This document shows positions 9,892-20,082 of a DNA stretch of 64,000 bases, piece by piece. Each line of letters starts with the position of its first letter. The stretch's first letter is position 1. The notes under the pieces were generated by a model. It ran no database searches. It had not been told where the DNA came from and saw nothing but the letters and a program-made list of their open reading frames with translations. This stretch comes from Candidatus Binatia bacterium. GTDB lineage: Bacteria > Desulfobacterota > Binatia > HRBIN30. A program made the position numbers and the translations under genes. The stretch lies in the NCBI GenBank assembly GCA_038245295.1, contig JBBRSP010000025.1, forward strand, positions 1 through 64,000, given 5' to 3'.

Positions 9892-11052
9892 TTACGCGGT
9901 GGCGACCTGGAGGAAGGCGCTCTTGAAGCGCTCCATGTCGGCGGCCGAGCCGATGCTGATACGCACGTGCGTGGGCCACACAGGCCAGGGACGCCCGACG
10001 TAGATGTTCTGCTTCTTCAAGCCGTCGATTACCTGCTGCGTCGGGATGCGTGCGTCGACCATGAGGTTGTTGCTCACCGAGGCGGTGTGCGCGAAGCCGT
10101 GCTCCGTGAAGAACTGCATGAGATCGGTGCGCCGTGCCGCGTTGTCGCGCTTGCGCGTCGCGATGATCTCCGGCTCGCCGAGCATCGCATGCGCGGCAGC
10201 CATCGCGCTGGCCGGCATCGCTCCGGTGTTCCAACCGGTCATGCGCGCCAGCAGGTCTTTACGCGAGATTGCGAAGCCGGCGCGCAGGCCCGCCATGCCG
10301 AAGATCTTCGAGAACGTTCGCAGCAGGACAACATCTCTGCCGCTACGCACGAGGTCGGCGCCGGGTGGTTCGTCGCAGAAGTGGATGTAGGCTTCATCGA
10401 GTAGGACGATCGACTCGCGCGGCTTTTGGGCCAGAAGCGCCTCGATCTCGGATCGCGGCGTCACCGTGCCGGTCGGGTTGTTCGGATTACAGATGTAGAA
10501 CAGGCCGACCGGCTGGCGCTTCGCCACCGCCAGCATCGCCGGCAGATCGTGTGCCCCATCACGCCGCAGCGGCACGCGGACTGCTTTGGCACCAATGAAC
10601 TCGGCCGCCCGTGCCGCGGCTTCGTAGCCCGGCTCGGCGGTGACCAGGGCGCGCTTGGGCCCGGTGAACCCGATGACCGCGTGATGCAGCGCCAGGCTCG
10701 AACCGGGGTAGACGGAGAAGTGCTCCGGCTGCAAATTTTCGAGCTGCGCCGACGTCTCGATGAGCTTGTCGGTCTCCGGATACTGGTAGCGGTTGCCGCG
10801 CCGCGCGGTTTCGAGGAGCGCCTCGATCGCCTTTGGCGACGGTCCCTCGGGAAACTCGTTGGCGTTGATCTTGACCGCGTCGTCGGCAATCTGCCCGACG
10901 TTCGACAGCTGCGCCAGGGCGCGCTCGGAAGCGAATGGTAGAGCCGCACCGGCACCAACCAGCGCCGCCACACGGAAAATCTGGCGTCGCGTGAAGCCGC
11001 GCCGTTCGAGATCATCGACGGCGGGGCGTCCGCGGGGAATGGCTTCGTTCAT
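9892..11052 (-). CDS. HisC-like class I/II PLP aminotransferase with twin-arginine signal
   Basis: CNPNNPTG, DEAY and RTFSKIFGMAGLRAG motifs; N-terminal FTRRQIF, hydrophobic stretch, ALA. Confidence 0.9.
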   Translation of the reverse strand: MNEAIPRGRPAVDDLERRGFTRRQIFRVAALVGAGAALPFASERALAQLSNVGQIADDAVKINANEFPEGPSPKAIEALLETARRGNRYQYPETDKLIETSAQLENLQPEHFSVYPGSSLALHHAVIGFTGPKRALVTAEPGYEAAARAAEFIGAKAVRVPLRRDGAHDLPAMLAVAKRQPVGLFYICNPNNPTGTVTPRSEIEALLAQKPRESIVLLDEAYIHFCDEPPGADLVRSGRDVVLLRTFSKIFGMAGLRAGFAISRKDLLARMTGWNTGAMPASAMAAAHAMLGEPEIIATRKRDNAARRTDLMQFFTEHGFAHTASVSNNLMVDARIPTQQVIDGLKKQNIYVGRPWPVWPTHVRISIGSAADMERFKSAFLQVATA

Positions 11053-11108
11053 GGGGCGATCCTATACGCTCCGGCCGACCAGGTCACGGCCCCGAACGGG
11101 ATCAAACG

Positions 11109-11178
11109 CCGCAGGCTGAAGCCTGCGCCTACCCGTCTTGGGGCAATTCGGCAGGCGCGGCCCGGCTTTAGCCTGCGG
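11109..11178. repeat. GTAG-type REP doublet
   Basis: CCGCAGGCTGAAGCCTGCGCCTAC identical to the 9787 copy, plus a degenerate inverted copy. Confidence 0.75.
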
Positions 11179-11201
11179 TGCGCTTGTGATTTGTTCAGCG
11201 C

Positions 11202-11915
11202 ATGTCTGCGATCGATGTCGTCTTCCGCGCCAGCGCGATCTCCAAGGCGTACCCGATGGGTGACGTTACCGTCTATGCGCTGCGCGACGTCGATCTGCTG
11301 CTCTATCGCGGCGAGCTCGTCGTGCTGTTGGGACCATCGGGTAGTGGAAAGTCGACGTTGCTCAACATCCTGGGCGGGCTCGATGTACCGACGTCGGGGT
11401 CGGTATTCTTTCTCGAGCATGATCTGACCGCTGACGATGACGCGTCGCTGACACGCTATCGGCGCGAGAACGTCGGCTTCGTCTTCCAGTTCTACAACCT
11501 CATCCCGAGTCTGACAGCGCGTGAGAATGTCGCGCTGGTGACGGAGATCGCCGCCAACCCGATGACGCCTGAAGAGGCTTTGCAACTCGTCGGGCTCGGC
11601 GATCGCATGGACCACTTCCCGGCACAGCTTTCGGGTGGTGAACAGCAGCGCGTGGCAATTGCCCGCGCCATTGCCAAACGCCCCGGCGTCTTGTTGTGTG
11701 ACGAGCCCACCGGCGCACTCGACTACGAGACCGGCAAGCTGGTCCTCGAGGTCCTCGCGCACGTCAACCAGACCCTCGGCACGACAACCGCCATCATCAC
11801 CCACAACGCCGCCATCGCCGCGATGGCCAACCGCGTCATCCGCCTGCGTAGCGGGCACGTCGTCGAAACACAGGTCAACGAACGGCGGGCGCGCCCCGAC
11901 GAGCTGCAGTGGTGA
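11202..11915 (+). CDS. ABC transporter ATP-binding protein (LolD/MacB-like)
   Basis: [23 protein letters not shown] and DEPTGALD motifs. Confidence 0.95.
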   Translation: MSAIDVVFRASAISKAYPMGDVTVYALRDVDLLLYRGELVVLLGPSGSGKSTLLNILGGLDVPTSGSVFFLEHDLTADDDASLTRYRRENVGFVFQFYNLIPSLTARENVALVTEIAANPMTPEEALQLVGLGDRMDHFPAQLSGGEQQRVAIARAIAKRPGVLLCDEPTGALDYETGKLVLEVLAHVNQTLGTTTAIITHNAAIAAMANRVIRLRSGHVVETQVNERRARPDELQW

Positions 11916-11922
11916 AACGTCG

Positions 11923-14286
11923 ATGACTCCGCTGCACAAGAAGCTGGGGCGCGATCTGTGGCACATGCGCGGCCAGGTCGTCGCCATCAGCCTGGTGATC
12001 ATGTCGGGCGTGGCGATGTTCATCTCGTCGCGACTGCTGGTGCACGCGCTCGTCGAGAGCCAGGCCCGCTATTACGCCGACTATCGCTTCACCGACATGT
12101 TCGCCTCGCTCAAACGCGCCCCACTCAGTCTGGGCGAAGCAATCGCCGCACTTCCGGGCGTCGGCGCCGTCCGCACACGCACCGTGTGCGAAGTGACTCT
12201 AGACGTCCCCAACCTTGCAGAGCCGGCCACCGCCCGATTGGTGTCGATCCCCGAGCACCGGCACACGATGCTCAACGACATTCACCTGCGACGGGGTCGC
12301 TACATCGAACCGAGAAAACCGGATGAAGTGATCGTCAGCGAATCCTTCTTCACGGCAAACCACCTCGAGCTTGGTGAAACGATCGGCGCCATCCTGAACG
12401 GACGTTGGCAGCGCCTGCGCATCGTCGGTGTCGGGTTGTCGCCGGAGTATGTCTACGAGAGCCGCGGCACCGACATGTTTCCCGACAATCGCCGCTTCGG
12501 TGTTTTCTGGATGGGGGAAGAAGCGATGCGTGCCGCCTTCAACATGGAAGGGGCGTTCAACGATCTGGTTCTCACCACCACGCCGGAAGCAAACGAGGAA
12601 GAGTTGATTCGCTCTCTCGATCGAATGTTGGAACGTTACGGCGGCCTCGGCGCCTACGGTCGTACCGATCAGATGTCGAATCGTCTGCTCTCCGACGAAA
12701 TCCGCCAGAACCGTACCTTTGGAACCGCGCTACCGCTCATCTTCATGGCAGTTGCGGCGTTCTTGCTCAACATCGTCCTGGCGCGCGTCGTCAGCTTGCA
12801 GCGCGATCAGATCGCCGTGATGAAGGCCTTCGGGTACGAGCATTGGGCGATCGCGCGGCACTACATCGAGTTTGCGTTTCTGGCGCTGCTGCCGGGCACC
12901 ATCGTCGGCGTCTTCGTCGGCATCTGGCTCGGCTCGGCGGTCGCCAACTTGTACAAGGACGTCTACCACTTCCCGGCCTTGCGCTTCGACATCGTGCCCG
13001 GCGCCATTGTCAGCGGTCTTCTGTGTGCCGTCGGTTCAGCCTTGCTCGGCGCCTACGCCGCGGTACGCCGGACGCTTTCCTTGCCGCCGGCGGAAGCGAT
13101 GCGTCCCGAGTCACCGCCGCAGTACCATGCCGGAGTTCTCGAACAGATCGGTGTACAGCGTTGGATACCGCTCTCCTTGCGAATGATTCTCCGCGGCATG
13201 ATCCGCCAGCCACTGCGCACGTCCCTATCGATCGTCGGCGTGGCCAGTGCCGTCGCCATCATCCTCATGGGTCGATACTTTGTCGACGCCGTTCGCAACA
13301 TCGCCGACGTGCAGTTCCGTATTGTTCAGAATGACGACGTGACCGTCTCCTTTCACGAGCCACGGCCGCGCCGCGTTGCCCACGATCTGGTCAATCTGCC
13401 CGGCGTTCTTGTCTCGGAACCGTTTCGCGCCGCGCCGGTTCGCCTGCGCCATGGCCACCACTATCGGCGCACGATCGTCATGGCATTCGATACGTCGGCT
13501 GGGCTGCGACGTTTGATTGATGCGCGGATGCATCAGGTGGACCTGCCGCCGGATGGTCTGATCTTGACGACCAAGCTGGCAGAGGTTCTCGGCGTCGAGG
13601 CGGGCGATATGGTCCAGGTTGAAATCCTCGAAGGCCAACGGCGCCAGGCCAGTGTTGTCGTCAGCGGCACCGTCGACGAGCTCATCGGTATGACGGCCTA
13701 CATGCAACGCGGGGCCCTGGACCGCCTGTTGCGCGAGGACGGCACCGTGTCCGGTGCCATGTTGGCCATCGACGAGTCGCTTTCCGACAATCTTTATCAC
13801 GAGCTCAAAGCGATGCCCGCCGTGGCAGGAGTGGCGATCCACAGCGCTATGCTGAAGGGCTTCGAGGATACGATTGCCCAGAGCACCGGGGTCTTCACGA
13901 TGATGCTGTCCGTCTTCGCCTCGATCATCGCCATCGCCGTCGTCTACAATGTGGCGCGCATTGCGCTCTCCGAACGTGGCCGCGAGCTGGCCAGCCTACG
14001 TGTGCTCGGATTCACGCAACGCGAGGTGTCGGTCATGCTCTTCGGTGAACAAGCCTTGCTCACCATGGCGGCCATCCCACTTGGCTTTTTCTTCGGCTAT
14101 CGCATGTCCGCCGCTGTTTCACGCATGTATCAATGGGAGACGTTCCGCATGCCCCTGGTGATCAACAACGATAGCTACCTGTTCGCACTCGCCGTGGTTG
14201 TCGGTGCGGCGGTTGGTTCGGCGTTGCTCGTGCGGCGCCGCATCGCGCGACTCGACCTGGTCGAAGTGCTCAAGACACGCGAGTAG
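11923..14286 (+). CDS. ABC transporter permease (duplicated FtsX/MacB-type)
   Basis: Two TM/periplasmic repeats; RDQIAVMKAFGY and RELASLRVLGF motifs; ATG 11923 follows the ATPase gene. Confidence 0.92.
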   Translation: MTPLHKKLGRDLWHMRGQVVAISLVIMSGVAMFISSRLLVHALVESQARYYADYRFTDMFASLKRAPLSLGEAIAALPGVGAVRTRTVCEVTLDVPNLAEPATARLVSIPEHRHTMLNDIHLRRGRYIEPRKPDEVIVSESFFTANHLELGETIGAILNGRWQRLRIVGVGLSPEYVYESRGTDMFPDNRRFGVFWMGEEAMRAAFNMEGAFNDLVLTTTPEANEEELIRSLDRMLERYGGLGAYGRTDQMSNRLLSDEIRQNRTFGTALPLIFMAVAAFLLNIVLARVVSLQRDQIAVMKAFGYEHWAIARHYIEFAFLALLPGTIVGVFVGIWLGSAVANLYKDVYHFPALRFDIVPGAIVSGLLCAVGSALLGAYAAVRRTLSLPPAEAMRPESPPQYHAGVLEQIGVQRWIPLSLRMILRGMIRQPLRTSLSIVGVASAVAIILMGRYFVDAVRNIADVQFRIVQNDDVTVSFHEPRPRRVAHDLVNLPGVLVSEPFRAAPVRLRHGHHYRRTIVMAFDTSAGLRRLIDARMHQVDLPPDGLILTTKLAEVLGVEAGDMVQVEILEGQRRQASVVVSGTVDELIGMTAYMQRGALDRLLREDGTVSGAMLAIDESLSDNLYHELKAMPAVAGVAIHSAMLKGFEDTIAQSTGVFTMMLSVFASIIAIAVVYNVARIALSERGRELASLRVLGFTQREVSVMLFGEQALLTMAAIPLGFFFGYRMSAAVSRMYQWETFRMPLVINNDSYLFALAVVVGAAVGSALLVRRRIARLDLVEVLKTRE

Positions 14287-14298
14287 AAACGACACCCG

Positions 14299-15513
14299 AT
14301 GCCCCCGGTCAACGAAAAGAAAACTCGCTCGCGCCTCTTGCTCGGCCTCGGCATCGCCGCGGCGGTGACACTCGTCGTCTGGTTCTTTCGCCCAGAGCCG
14401 ATCGCGGTTGACGTACAGGCCGTGCGCCGCGGTGCGCTGCGTGTCACCGTGGACGAAGAAGGACGCACACGCGTGCGTGATCGCTTCGTCGTCGCCGCCC
14501 CGATTGCCGGCCGTTTGGAGCGCCTGGCGTGGCATGCGGGAGATTCCATCGAGCTCGGGGCGGTGGTGGCGCGGATGCATCCGCAACCGCTTGATCCGCG
14601 TGGGCGGGCCGAAGCGCAAGCACGCCTCGAGGCCTCCGAGTCGGCTCACAGCGCCGCTGAGTCACGCATCGAGCAAAGCCGTACGGCATTGACCCAGGCG
14701 CAACGCTGGCGCACCCGAGCCAAATCGCTCGGAGCGAGCGGCACCATCGCCAAGGAAGAACTCGAGAATGCCGAACTGGCCGAGACGGCGCGGCGTATGG
14801 AAGTCGAAGCCGCGCTATTCAGTGCCAAGGCGGCCGCCTTTGACGTCGAGGCGGCTCGCGCCGCACTCATGGGGCGCGGCACCGACGGCAACACGCAGTT
14901 TGCCCGTTGCAGCACCAGCCCCGAGCAATGCCTGGAGCTGCGCGCGCCGGTCAGCGGTCGTCTTCTGCGCATCCTCGAGGAGAGCGAACGTGTCGTCGCC
15001 TCGGGCGCACCACTCGTCGAGATTGGTGATCCGCACGCCCTGGAGATTGTCGTCGACGTCTTGTCACGCGACGCCGTGCGCGTCCGCCCCGGCGCCACCA
15101 TGTGGATAGAATCCTGGGGCGGCACTCAGCCGCTGGAAGCGAAGGTCCGTGTCGTGGAGCCCGCTGGGTTCACCAAGGTCTCGACTCTCGGGGTGGAAGA
15201 GCAACGTGTCAACATCATCGGCGAGTTCGTGGCGCCGCCGGAAACACTCGGTGACGGATACCGCGTCGAAGCGCGCATCGTCGTGTGGGAATCGGGCGAT
15301 GCCGTCACCGTCCCAGCCAGCGCCATCTTCCGGCGCGGCGACGAATGGTTTGTATTCGTCGACAACAGCGGCACGGCCAAGCTGCGCAAGGTTGAGCTCG
15401 GTCAACGCGGCGACGCACGCGTCGAGATCACCAGCGGCCTCGGTATCGACGAGAAGGTCGTCGTGCATCCGAGCGACCAGGTCGAAGACGGAGTCCGTAT
15501 CCGTCCGCTGTAA
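14299..15513 (+). CDS. Efflux periplasmic adaptor (HlyD/MFP family)
   Basis: N-terminal TM, coiled coil, LRAPVSG and VPASAIF motifs; third gene of the ABC operon. Confidence 0.9.
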   Translation: MPPVNEKKTRSRLLLGLGIAAAVTLVVWFFRPEPIAVDVQAVRRGALRVTVDEEGRTRVRDRFVVAAPIAGRLERLAWHAGDSIELGAVVARMHPQPLDPRGRAEAQARLEASESAHSAAESRIEQSRTALTQAQRWRTRAKSLGASGTIAKEELENAELAETARRMEVEAALFSAKAAAFDVEAARAALMGRGTDGNTQFARCSTSPEQCLELRAPVSGRLLRILEESERVVASGAPLVEIGDPHALEIVVDVLSRDAVRVRPGATMWIESWGGTQPLEAKVRVVEPAGFTKVSTLGVEEQRVNIIGEFVAPPETLGDGYRVEARIVVWESGDAVTVPASAIFRRGDEWFVFVDNSGTAKLRKVELGQRGDARVEITSGLGIDEKVVVHPSDQVEDGVRIRPL

Positions 15514-15575
15514 CAGGCAACGTTATCAGCTCTCCACCCGGCATCTGAGACTGTCGTAAAACCAAAGTGGAGCAA

Positions 15576-15656
15576 CGTCATCCCGGTGAAGACCGGGATC
15601 TCCCAGTGCTGGAAGCCTCGAAAGCTGGCGAGATACCGGCTTTCGCCGGTATGATG
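15576..15656. repeat. CGTC-type REP doublet (GTCAT-CCGG family)
   Basis: CGTCATCCCGGTGAAGACCGGGATCTC...GAGATACCGGCTTTCGCCGGTATGATG; near copy at 41039. Confidence 0.8.
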
Positions 15657-15809
15657 GAAAGGTCTGCTCGGTTTCAAATTTGGTTTCCGAGTAAGTCGAC
15701 ACACTCATCTCTCTGATGCCGGGACGCCGGTGCACGCGCCAGCTTGTCCAACCGGTCCGTGGCGGTCCCCCACGTATCGTTACCGGTGCAGCCGAGGTAG
15801 ACGTGGGTC

Positions 15810-17438
15810 ATGGCATACGATCTCAAGCTGACAGGAGCCGACGTAATCGACGGCACAGGAACACCGGCACGGCGCGCCGACATCGCCATCGGTGGCGGGC
15901 GCATTGCCGCCATCGGAGATCTCGGCGACCTGGAAGCCGCGGCAACGCTCGATTGTAGCGGCCGCTTGATCACCCCGGGCTTCATCGACATCCACTCGCA
16001 CTCCGATTGGCTCGTGCCGGGGGCCAACGCCGGGGCTCTCGTCGAACCGTTTCTGCGCCAGGGCATGACCACCATCGTCGGTGGCAATTGCGGCTTCAGC
16101 CCGGCGCCGCTGAGCGCTCACAATCACAATGCCGCACGCAGCGCCAGCAAGCTCATCGTCGACGACGAAATCGATCTGCGTTGGGAAACGATGGAAGGTT
16201 TTCTGGCGGCGCTCGATGCGACGCCGTTGCCGATCAATGTGGCAGAGCTGGTCGGACATGGTACGGTACGTGCCGCGGTGACCGGCTCTCTCAACCCGGC
16301 GCCGCCGACCGCCGCCGAACTGAGCGAGATGGAGACGCTCACGCGCGCCGCGCTCGATGCTGGTTGTGTCGGGGTGAGCACCGGACTCGGCTACCCGCCG
16401 GGCATCTTCGCGCAACCTGACGAGCTCACCGCTTTCGCCGGCTGGGCCAGCGCCGCCAACAAACTTTTCACGTCGCATCTGCGCGCTTACAGCCGCGTCA
16501 GCCCCGTCTACCAGACATCACCTGACCCGATCTCGCACAACGTCGCCGCCATCGACGAGATCCTCGCCATCGCCAAGGCCGCTAAGGCACGGTTGCAAAT
16601 CAGCCACCTGATCTTCGTCGGCCGCAAGACCTGGCCGACCGTGGGAGCCGCCATCGATACCATCGAGCGTGCCCGCGATGCCGGCCTCGACGTCGCCTTC
16701 GATGCCTTTCCGTACACGGCAGGAAATACGACAGCGAGCGTGCTGTTCCCACCTGAGATGCTGCCGTATCTCGAAACCATCCTCGCCAACCCGGAAGCGC
16801 TCGATGGCGTCCGCGCCATGGGCCGCGCGGCGTTCGAAGAGATTGGCTTCTACCTCGAAGACATCCAGATCATGCGCGCCAACGCACCGGCGTTCGACGT
16901 CTACGACGGCCTCTTCGTCGGCGAAGCGGCGCGCCGTGCCGGCATGGACATCTGGGAGTTCTACGCCCGGCTGGTGGTGGATAGTCAGCGTAATGCTCGG
17001 GTGCTGAACCACACCTACAGTGGGCACGATGGCGAGGAGGACGCGTTACGTCGCGTCCTGGCACATCCGCTCTGCACGATTGAGACGGACACCTTCCTGA
17101 CGTCGCACGGACACCAGAACCCGGCGAGCTACGGCACCTTCCCACGAGTGTTACATACCTACGTCCAACAGGGCCTATTCTCTCTCGAGGAAGCGGTGCG
17201 CAAGATGACCGGTGCCGCCGCCGAGCGTCTCGGCTGGAGTGATCGTGGTTTCCTCCGCCAGGGCTACGCCGCCGATCTGGTGGTGCTCAACCCGGCAACG
17301 CTGCGCGACACCGCCACGTTCGAACAACCGGCGACCTTTCCGATTGGGATCGAGCACGTCTTCGTCAACGGCGTACACGTCGTGAACGGCGAGCGCTACG
17401 ATGCGGCGGCAAGTGCGGGGCGAGTGCTGCGTTCGTAG
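15810..17438 (+). CDS. N-acyl-D-amino-acid deacylase (D-aminoacylase family amidohydrolase)
   Basis: PGFIDIHSHSD, GNCGFS, SHLR, ISHL, YGTFPRVL and GYAADLVV motifs. Confidence 0.9.
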   Translation: MAYDLKLTGADVIDGTGTPARRADIAIGGGRIAAIGDLGDLEAAATLDCSGRLITPGFIDIHSHSDWLVPGANAGALVEPFLRQGMTTIVGGNCGFSPAPLSAHNHNAARSASKLIVDDEIDLRWETMEGFLAALDATPLPINVAELVGHGTVRAAVTGSLNPAPPTAAELSEMETLTRAALDAGCVGVSTGLGYPPGIFAQPDELTAFAGWASAANKLFTSHLRAYSRVSPVYQTSPDPISHNVAAIDEILAIAKAAKARLQISHLIFVGRKTWPTVGAAIDTIERARDAGLDVAFDAFPYTAGNTTASVLFPPEMLPYLETILANPEALDGVRAMGRAAFEEIGFYLEDIQIMRANAPAFDVYDGLFVGEAARRAGMDIWEFYARLVVDSQRNARVLNHTYSGHDGEEDALRRVLAHPLCTIETDTFLTSHGHQNPASYGTFPRVLHTYVQQGLFSLEEAVRKMTGAAAERLGWSDRGFLRQGYAADLVVLNPATLRDTATFEQPATFPIGIEHVFVNGVHVVNGERYDAAASAGRVLRS

Positions 17439-17439
17439 T

Positions 17440-18303
17440 CTATCCCGCAGGCTGAGACACGAGCACGAAGATCTCGCGCTGCCCTTCGATTCCTTTGAGC
17501 GAGTGCTGCCCACGTGATTCGAACTGCAGGCCGGCTCCGGCGAGGAGGTCGCGCAGGACACTCGAGATGAGCACCTCGCCCGGCCCCGCCAGGGACATCA
17601 CTCGCGCTGCGATGTGAACCGCCACACCCCGAATGTCGTCGGGTACGAGCTCCACTTCGCCCGCGTGCAATCCACAACGGATCTCGATGCCGAGACTGCG
17701 CACACGCTTGGCGATCGATGCGGCGCACTCAACGGCACGTGCTGGGCCGTCGAACAGGGCGAGAGTGCCGTCGCCGGTCTTCTTCACTTCACGGCCGCGA
17801 TATCGGTCGAGCTCGAACTGCACGAGCTCGTTGTGTTGTGCGAGAGTGTCGCGCCAGGCGGCGTCGCCGACGCGGTGCAACGTCGCGGTCGAATCGACGA
17901 TGTCGGTGAAGAGGACAGTCGCCAGGACTCGCGTGCCGCTGGCGATGATCGGGCGCGCGTATGACCGGGCGCCGCGGAAGTCGATCGAGACCCACGGCTC
18001 GTCGCCGACGACCCAAGCATCGTGTCCCGGGGGGATCTCATACATCTCATCCGGCCCGACTTCGATTTCGGTGCCGTCGCCCATGCGTATGCGTGCTCGA
18101 CCGGAAATCGTGTACCCGAGATGGTGATACGTACACAGGTCTGTCCCGGCGATCGGCTGAACGTTCTTCATCCAGCTCCAGCCTGGTTGCATGACGAGGC
18201 GGCCAATGACGAAATCGTCCATCTCGAAGATCTCGATCTTGCCACCTTCATAGTTGCGCACCTCGTCAGGACGGTCCACGCGCTTACGCTGCAGCTTTGC
18301 CAT
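17440..18303 (-). CDS. Cupin-domain class III adenylate/guanylate cyclase
   Basis: N-terminal cupin (HHLGY...IPPGHDAWVVG); cyclase motifs FTDIVDST, KKTGDG, GLHAGE and GVAVHIAARV. Confidence 0.9.
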   Translation of the reverse strand: MAKLQRKRVDRPDEVRNYEGGKIEIFEMDDFVIGRLVMQPGWSWMKNVQPIAGTDLCTYHHLGYTISGRARIRMGDGTEIEVGPDEMYEIPPGHDAWVVGDEPWVSIDFRGARSYARPIIASGTRVLATVLFTDIVDSTATLHRVGDAAWRDTLAQHNELVQFELDRYRGREVKKTGDGTLALFDGPARAVECAASIAKRVRSLGIEIRCGLHAGEVELVPDDIRGVAVHIAARVMSLAGPGEVLISSVLRDLLAGAGLQFESRGQHSLKGIEGQREIFVLVSQPAG

Positions 18304-18433
18304 GGCCGCTTTTCTCACACGATTATTCAAAGGTGCAAGAGAACGCTTGCGCCTCAGGGGCAAACTCGGCAGACCTTCCAGGTTCCCAGGTTCCGTCGGT
18401 CAAAGACGCCCCGGAACAGAGGAGGTCGCATCG

Positions 18434-18861
18434 ATGCATCCATCTCCCATCCGCTACCGTTTGTCGGCATGTTCGTTCTCACCTTGGTCGTCTGGGTGTA
18501 CATGTTTTACGAACGCATCAAGGCGATCCGCACCAGCGGCTTCGAACCGCGCTCGCTCGCCGACCTCGAGAATTTCCCGCCACGCGCCGTCAACTCGTCG
18601 GCCAACTTCCAGAACCTCTTCGAGATCCCGGTGATCTTCTATGCCTGTGTGCTGGCACTGCTCGTCACAAACCGCGTCGACACAACGTACGTCATCTGCG
18701 CCTTCGGCTTCTTCGCCTTTCGTATCGTCCACAGCGCCATTCACTGCACCTACAACCACGTCATGCAGCGCTTCACGGTCTACGCGATCGCCTGCCTGTT
18801 TCTCTGGGTGATGGTGCTGCGTTTGGCCGCACAGACCCTCAGCGAAGCACGGGTGGGCTGA
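18434..18861 (+). CDS. MAPEG-family membrane protein, apparently frameshifted near its 5' end (intact from ATG 18469)
   Basis: NFQNLFEIPVIFY and RIVHSAIH motifs; the RBS-linked ATG 18434 is out of frame with the body of the gene. Confidence 0.8.
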
Positions 18862-18869
18862 TCCTTCCC

Positions 18870-19736
18870 ATGATTGGCGTATACGACTCTGGCTACGGTG
18901 GGTTGACCGTGCTGCGCGCACTGCGCGCCGCGCTGCCAACACACGACTTCTGTTACCTCGGCGATTCGGGTCGCGCTCCGTATGGCGGACGCGATACCGA
19001 CACCTTGCTCGACTTCGCCGAGCAGTGCACCGAGCGCCTGTTCGACGAGGGCTGCCCGTTGATCGTTGTTGCCTGCCACACGATGTCGTGTGTGGCGTTG
19101 CGCCACCTGCAGCGCAAATACGTCGCTTCGCCCGCGGCGCCGCGCCGCATTCTCGGCGTTACCATCCCGGCGGCGCAGGCGGCGGTGGCGTCGAGCTCGG
19201 CGCGCCGGGGCGCCAACGGACACATCGGGGTGCTCGGCACGACGCGAACCATTGCCTCCGGGACATTCGCGACCGAGGTCGCCAAGCTCGGCCCGCAACG
19301 CGTCACCGGGCGCGCCGCGCCGCTGCTGGCACCGATCGTCGAAGAGGGCTGGGAGAACGATGCGATCGCGCGGCTGGCAGTGGAACGATATCTCAACGGG
19401 CTCGGCGACATCGACACGCTGGTGCTTGCGTGCACCCACTACCCCTTGCTGCTGCCGACTTTCGCCGCGCTGCTGCCCCCCGAGATCGAACTGCTCGACC
19501 CGAGCGCCCACGTCGCGGCCTCCCTGGTCGACTGGCTGGCGCGCCATCCGAGTTTCGTGAACCCCGGGGAAGGTCGCACCCGCGTTTTGTGCACCGGCGA
19601 CCCGGAGGTGTTTCGGCAGCAAGGCGAACACATCCTAGGCTCGGCGCTACCGGAGGTGCATCACATCGCCGAGCATGCCGGCCGTCTGGCGCACCGGCCG
19701 CAGGTGGAGGTCGAGCCGGGTCAGGTGGTGCGATAA
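18870..19736 (+). CDS. murI: Glutamate racemase
   Basis: IGVYDSGYGGLTV, PYGGR, VACHT and LACTHYP motifs with both catalytic Cys present. Confidence 0.92.
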   Translation: MIGVYDSGYGGLTVLRALRAALPTHDFCYLGDSGRAPYGGRDTDTLLDFAEQCTERLFDEGCPLIVVACHTMSCVALRHLQRKYVASPAAPRRILGVTIPAAQAAVASSSARRGANGHIGVLGTTRTIASGTFATEVAKLGPQRVTGRAAPLLAPIVEEGWENDAIARLAVERYLNGLGDIDTLVLACTHYPLLLPTFAALLPPEIELLDPSAHVAASLVDWLARHPSFVNPGEGRTRVLCTGDPEVFRQQGEHILGSALPEVHHIAEHAGRLAHRPQVEVEPGQVVR

Positions 19737-19771
19737 GTTACTGTAACCCTGATGTGACAATCTCATCCTTA

Positions 19772-19917
19772 ACCGCAGAGGCGCAGAGCCGCAGAGAGCG
19801 CCGCCAAAAGCGCGTACCGAACGGGGAAACCAAACATCATTCAAAATGAATTGAGTGGAGGCGGACACCGTAGGGCATTCAGACGCAGGACCTCTGCGCG
19901 CTCTGCCCCTCGGCGGT
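19772..19917. repeat. MITE/REP-like element with CGCAGAG-rich inverted ends
   Basis: ACCGCAGAGGCGCAGAGCCGCAGAG ... CTCTGCGCGCTCTGCCCCTCGGCGGT. Confidence 0.6.
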
Positions 19918-20082
19918 GAGGTTTTTTGTCAGATTGGGGTTAACCAAACCGACAGGGAAACATGAGGCACTGAAAATCGGTACCCAGACGGCCATATGGC
20001 CGCTGTAGAGTTTCGAGGTTGATCGGTTGGTGGTTAGGAGGGCTCGTCGCCTAACCACCAAGCGCGTAACCGCCTCTGTCGT

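Noticed and set aside
19741..19758. Pho-like pair CTGTAAC-CCTG-ATGTGAC
   Set aside because: It follows the murI stop and faces no gene start. It shows that such pairs can arise by chance, which is a caveat for the weaker boxes.
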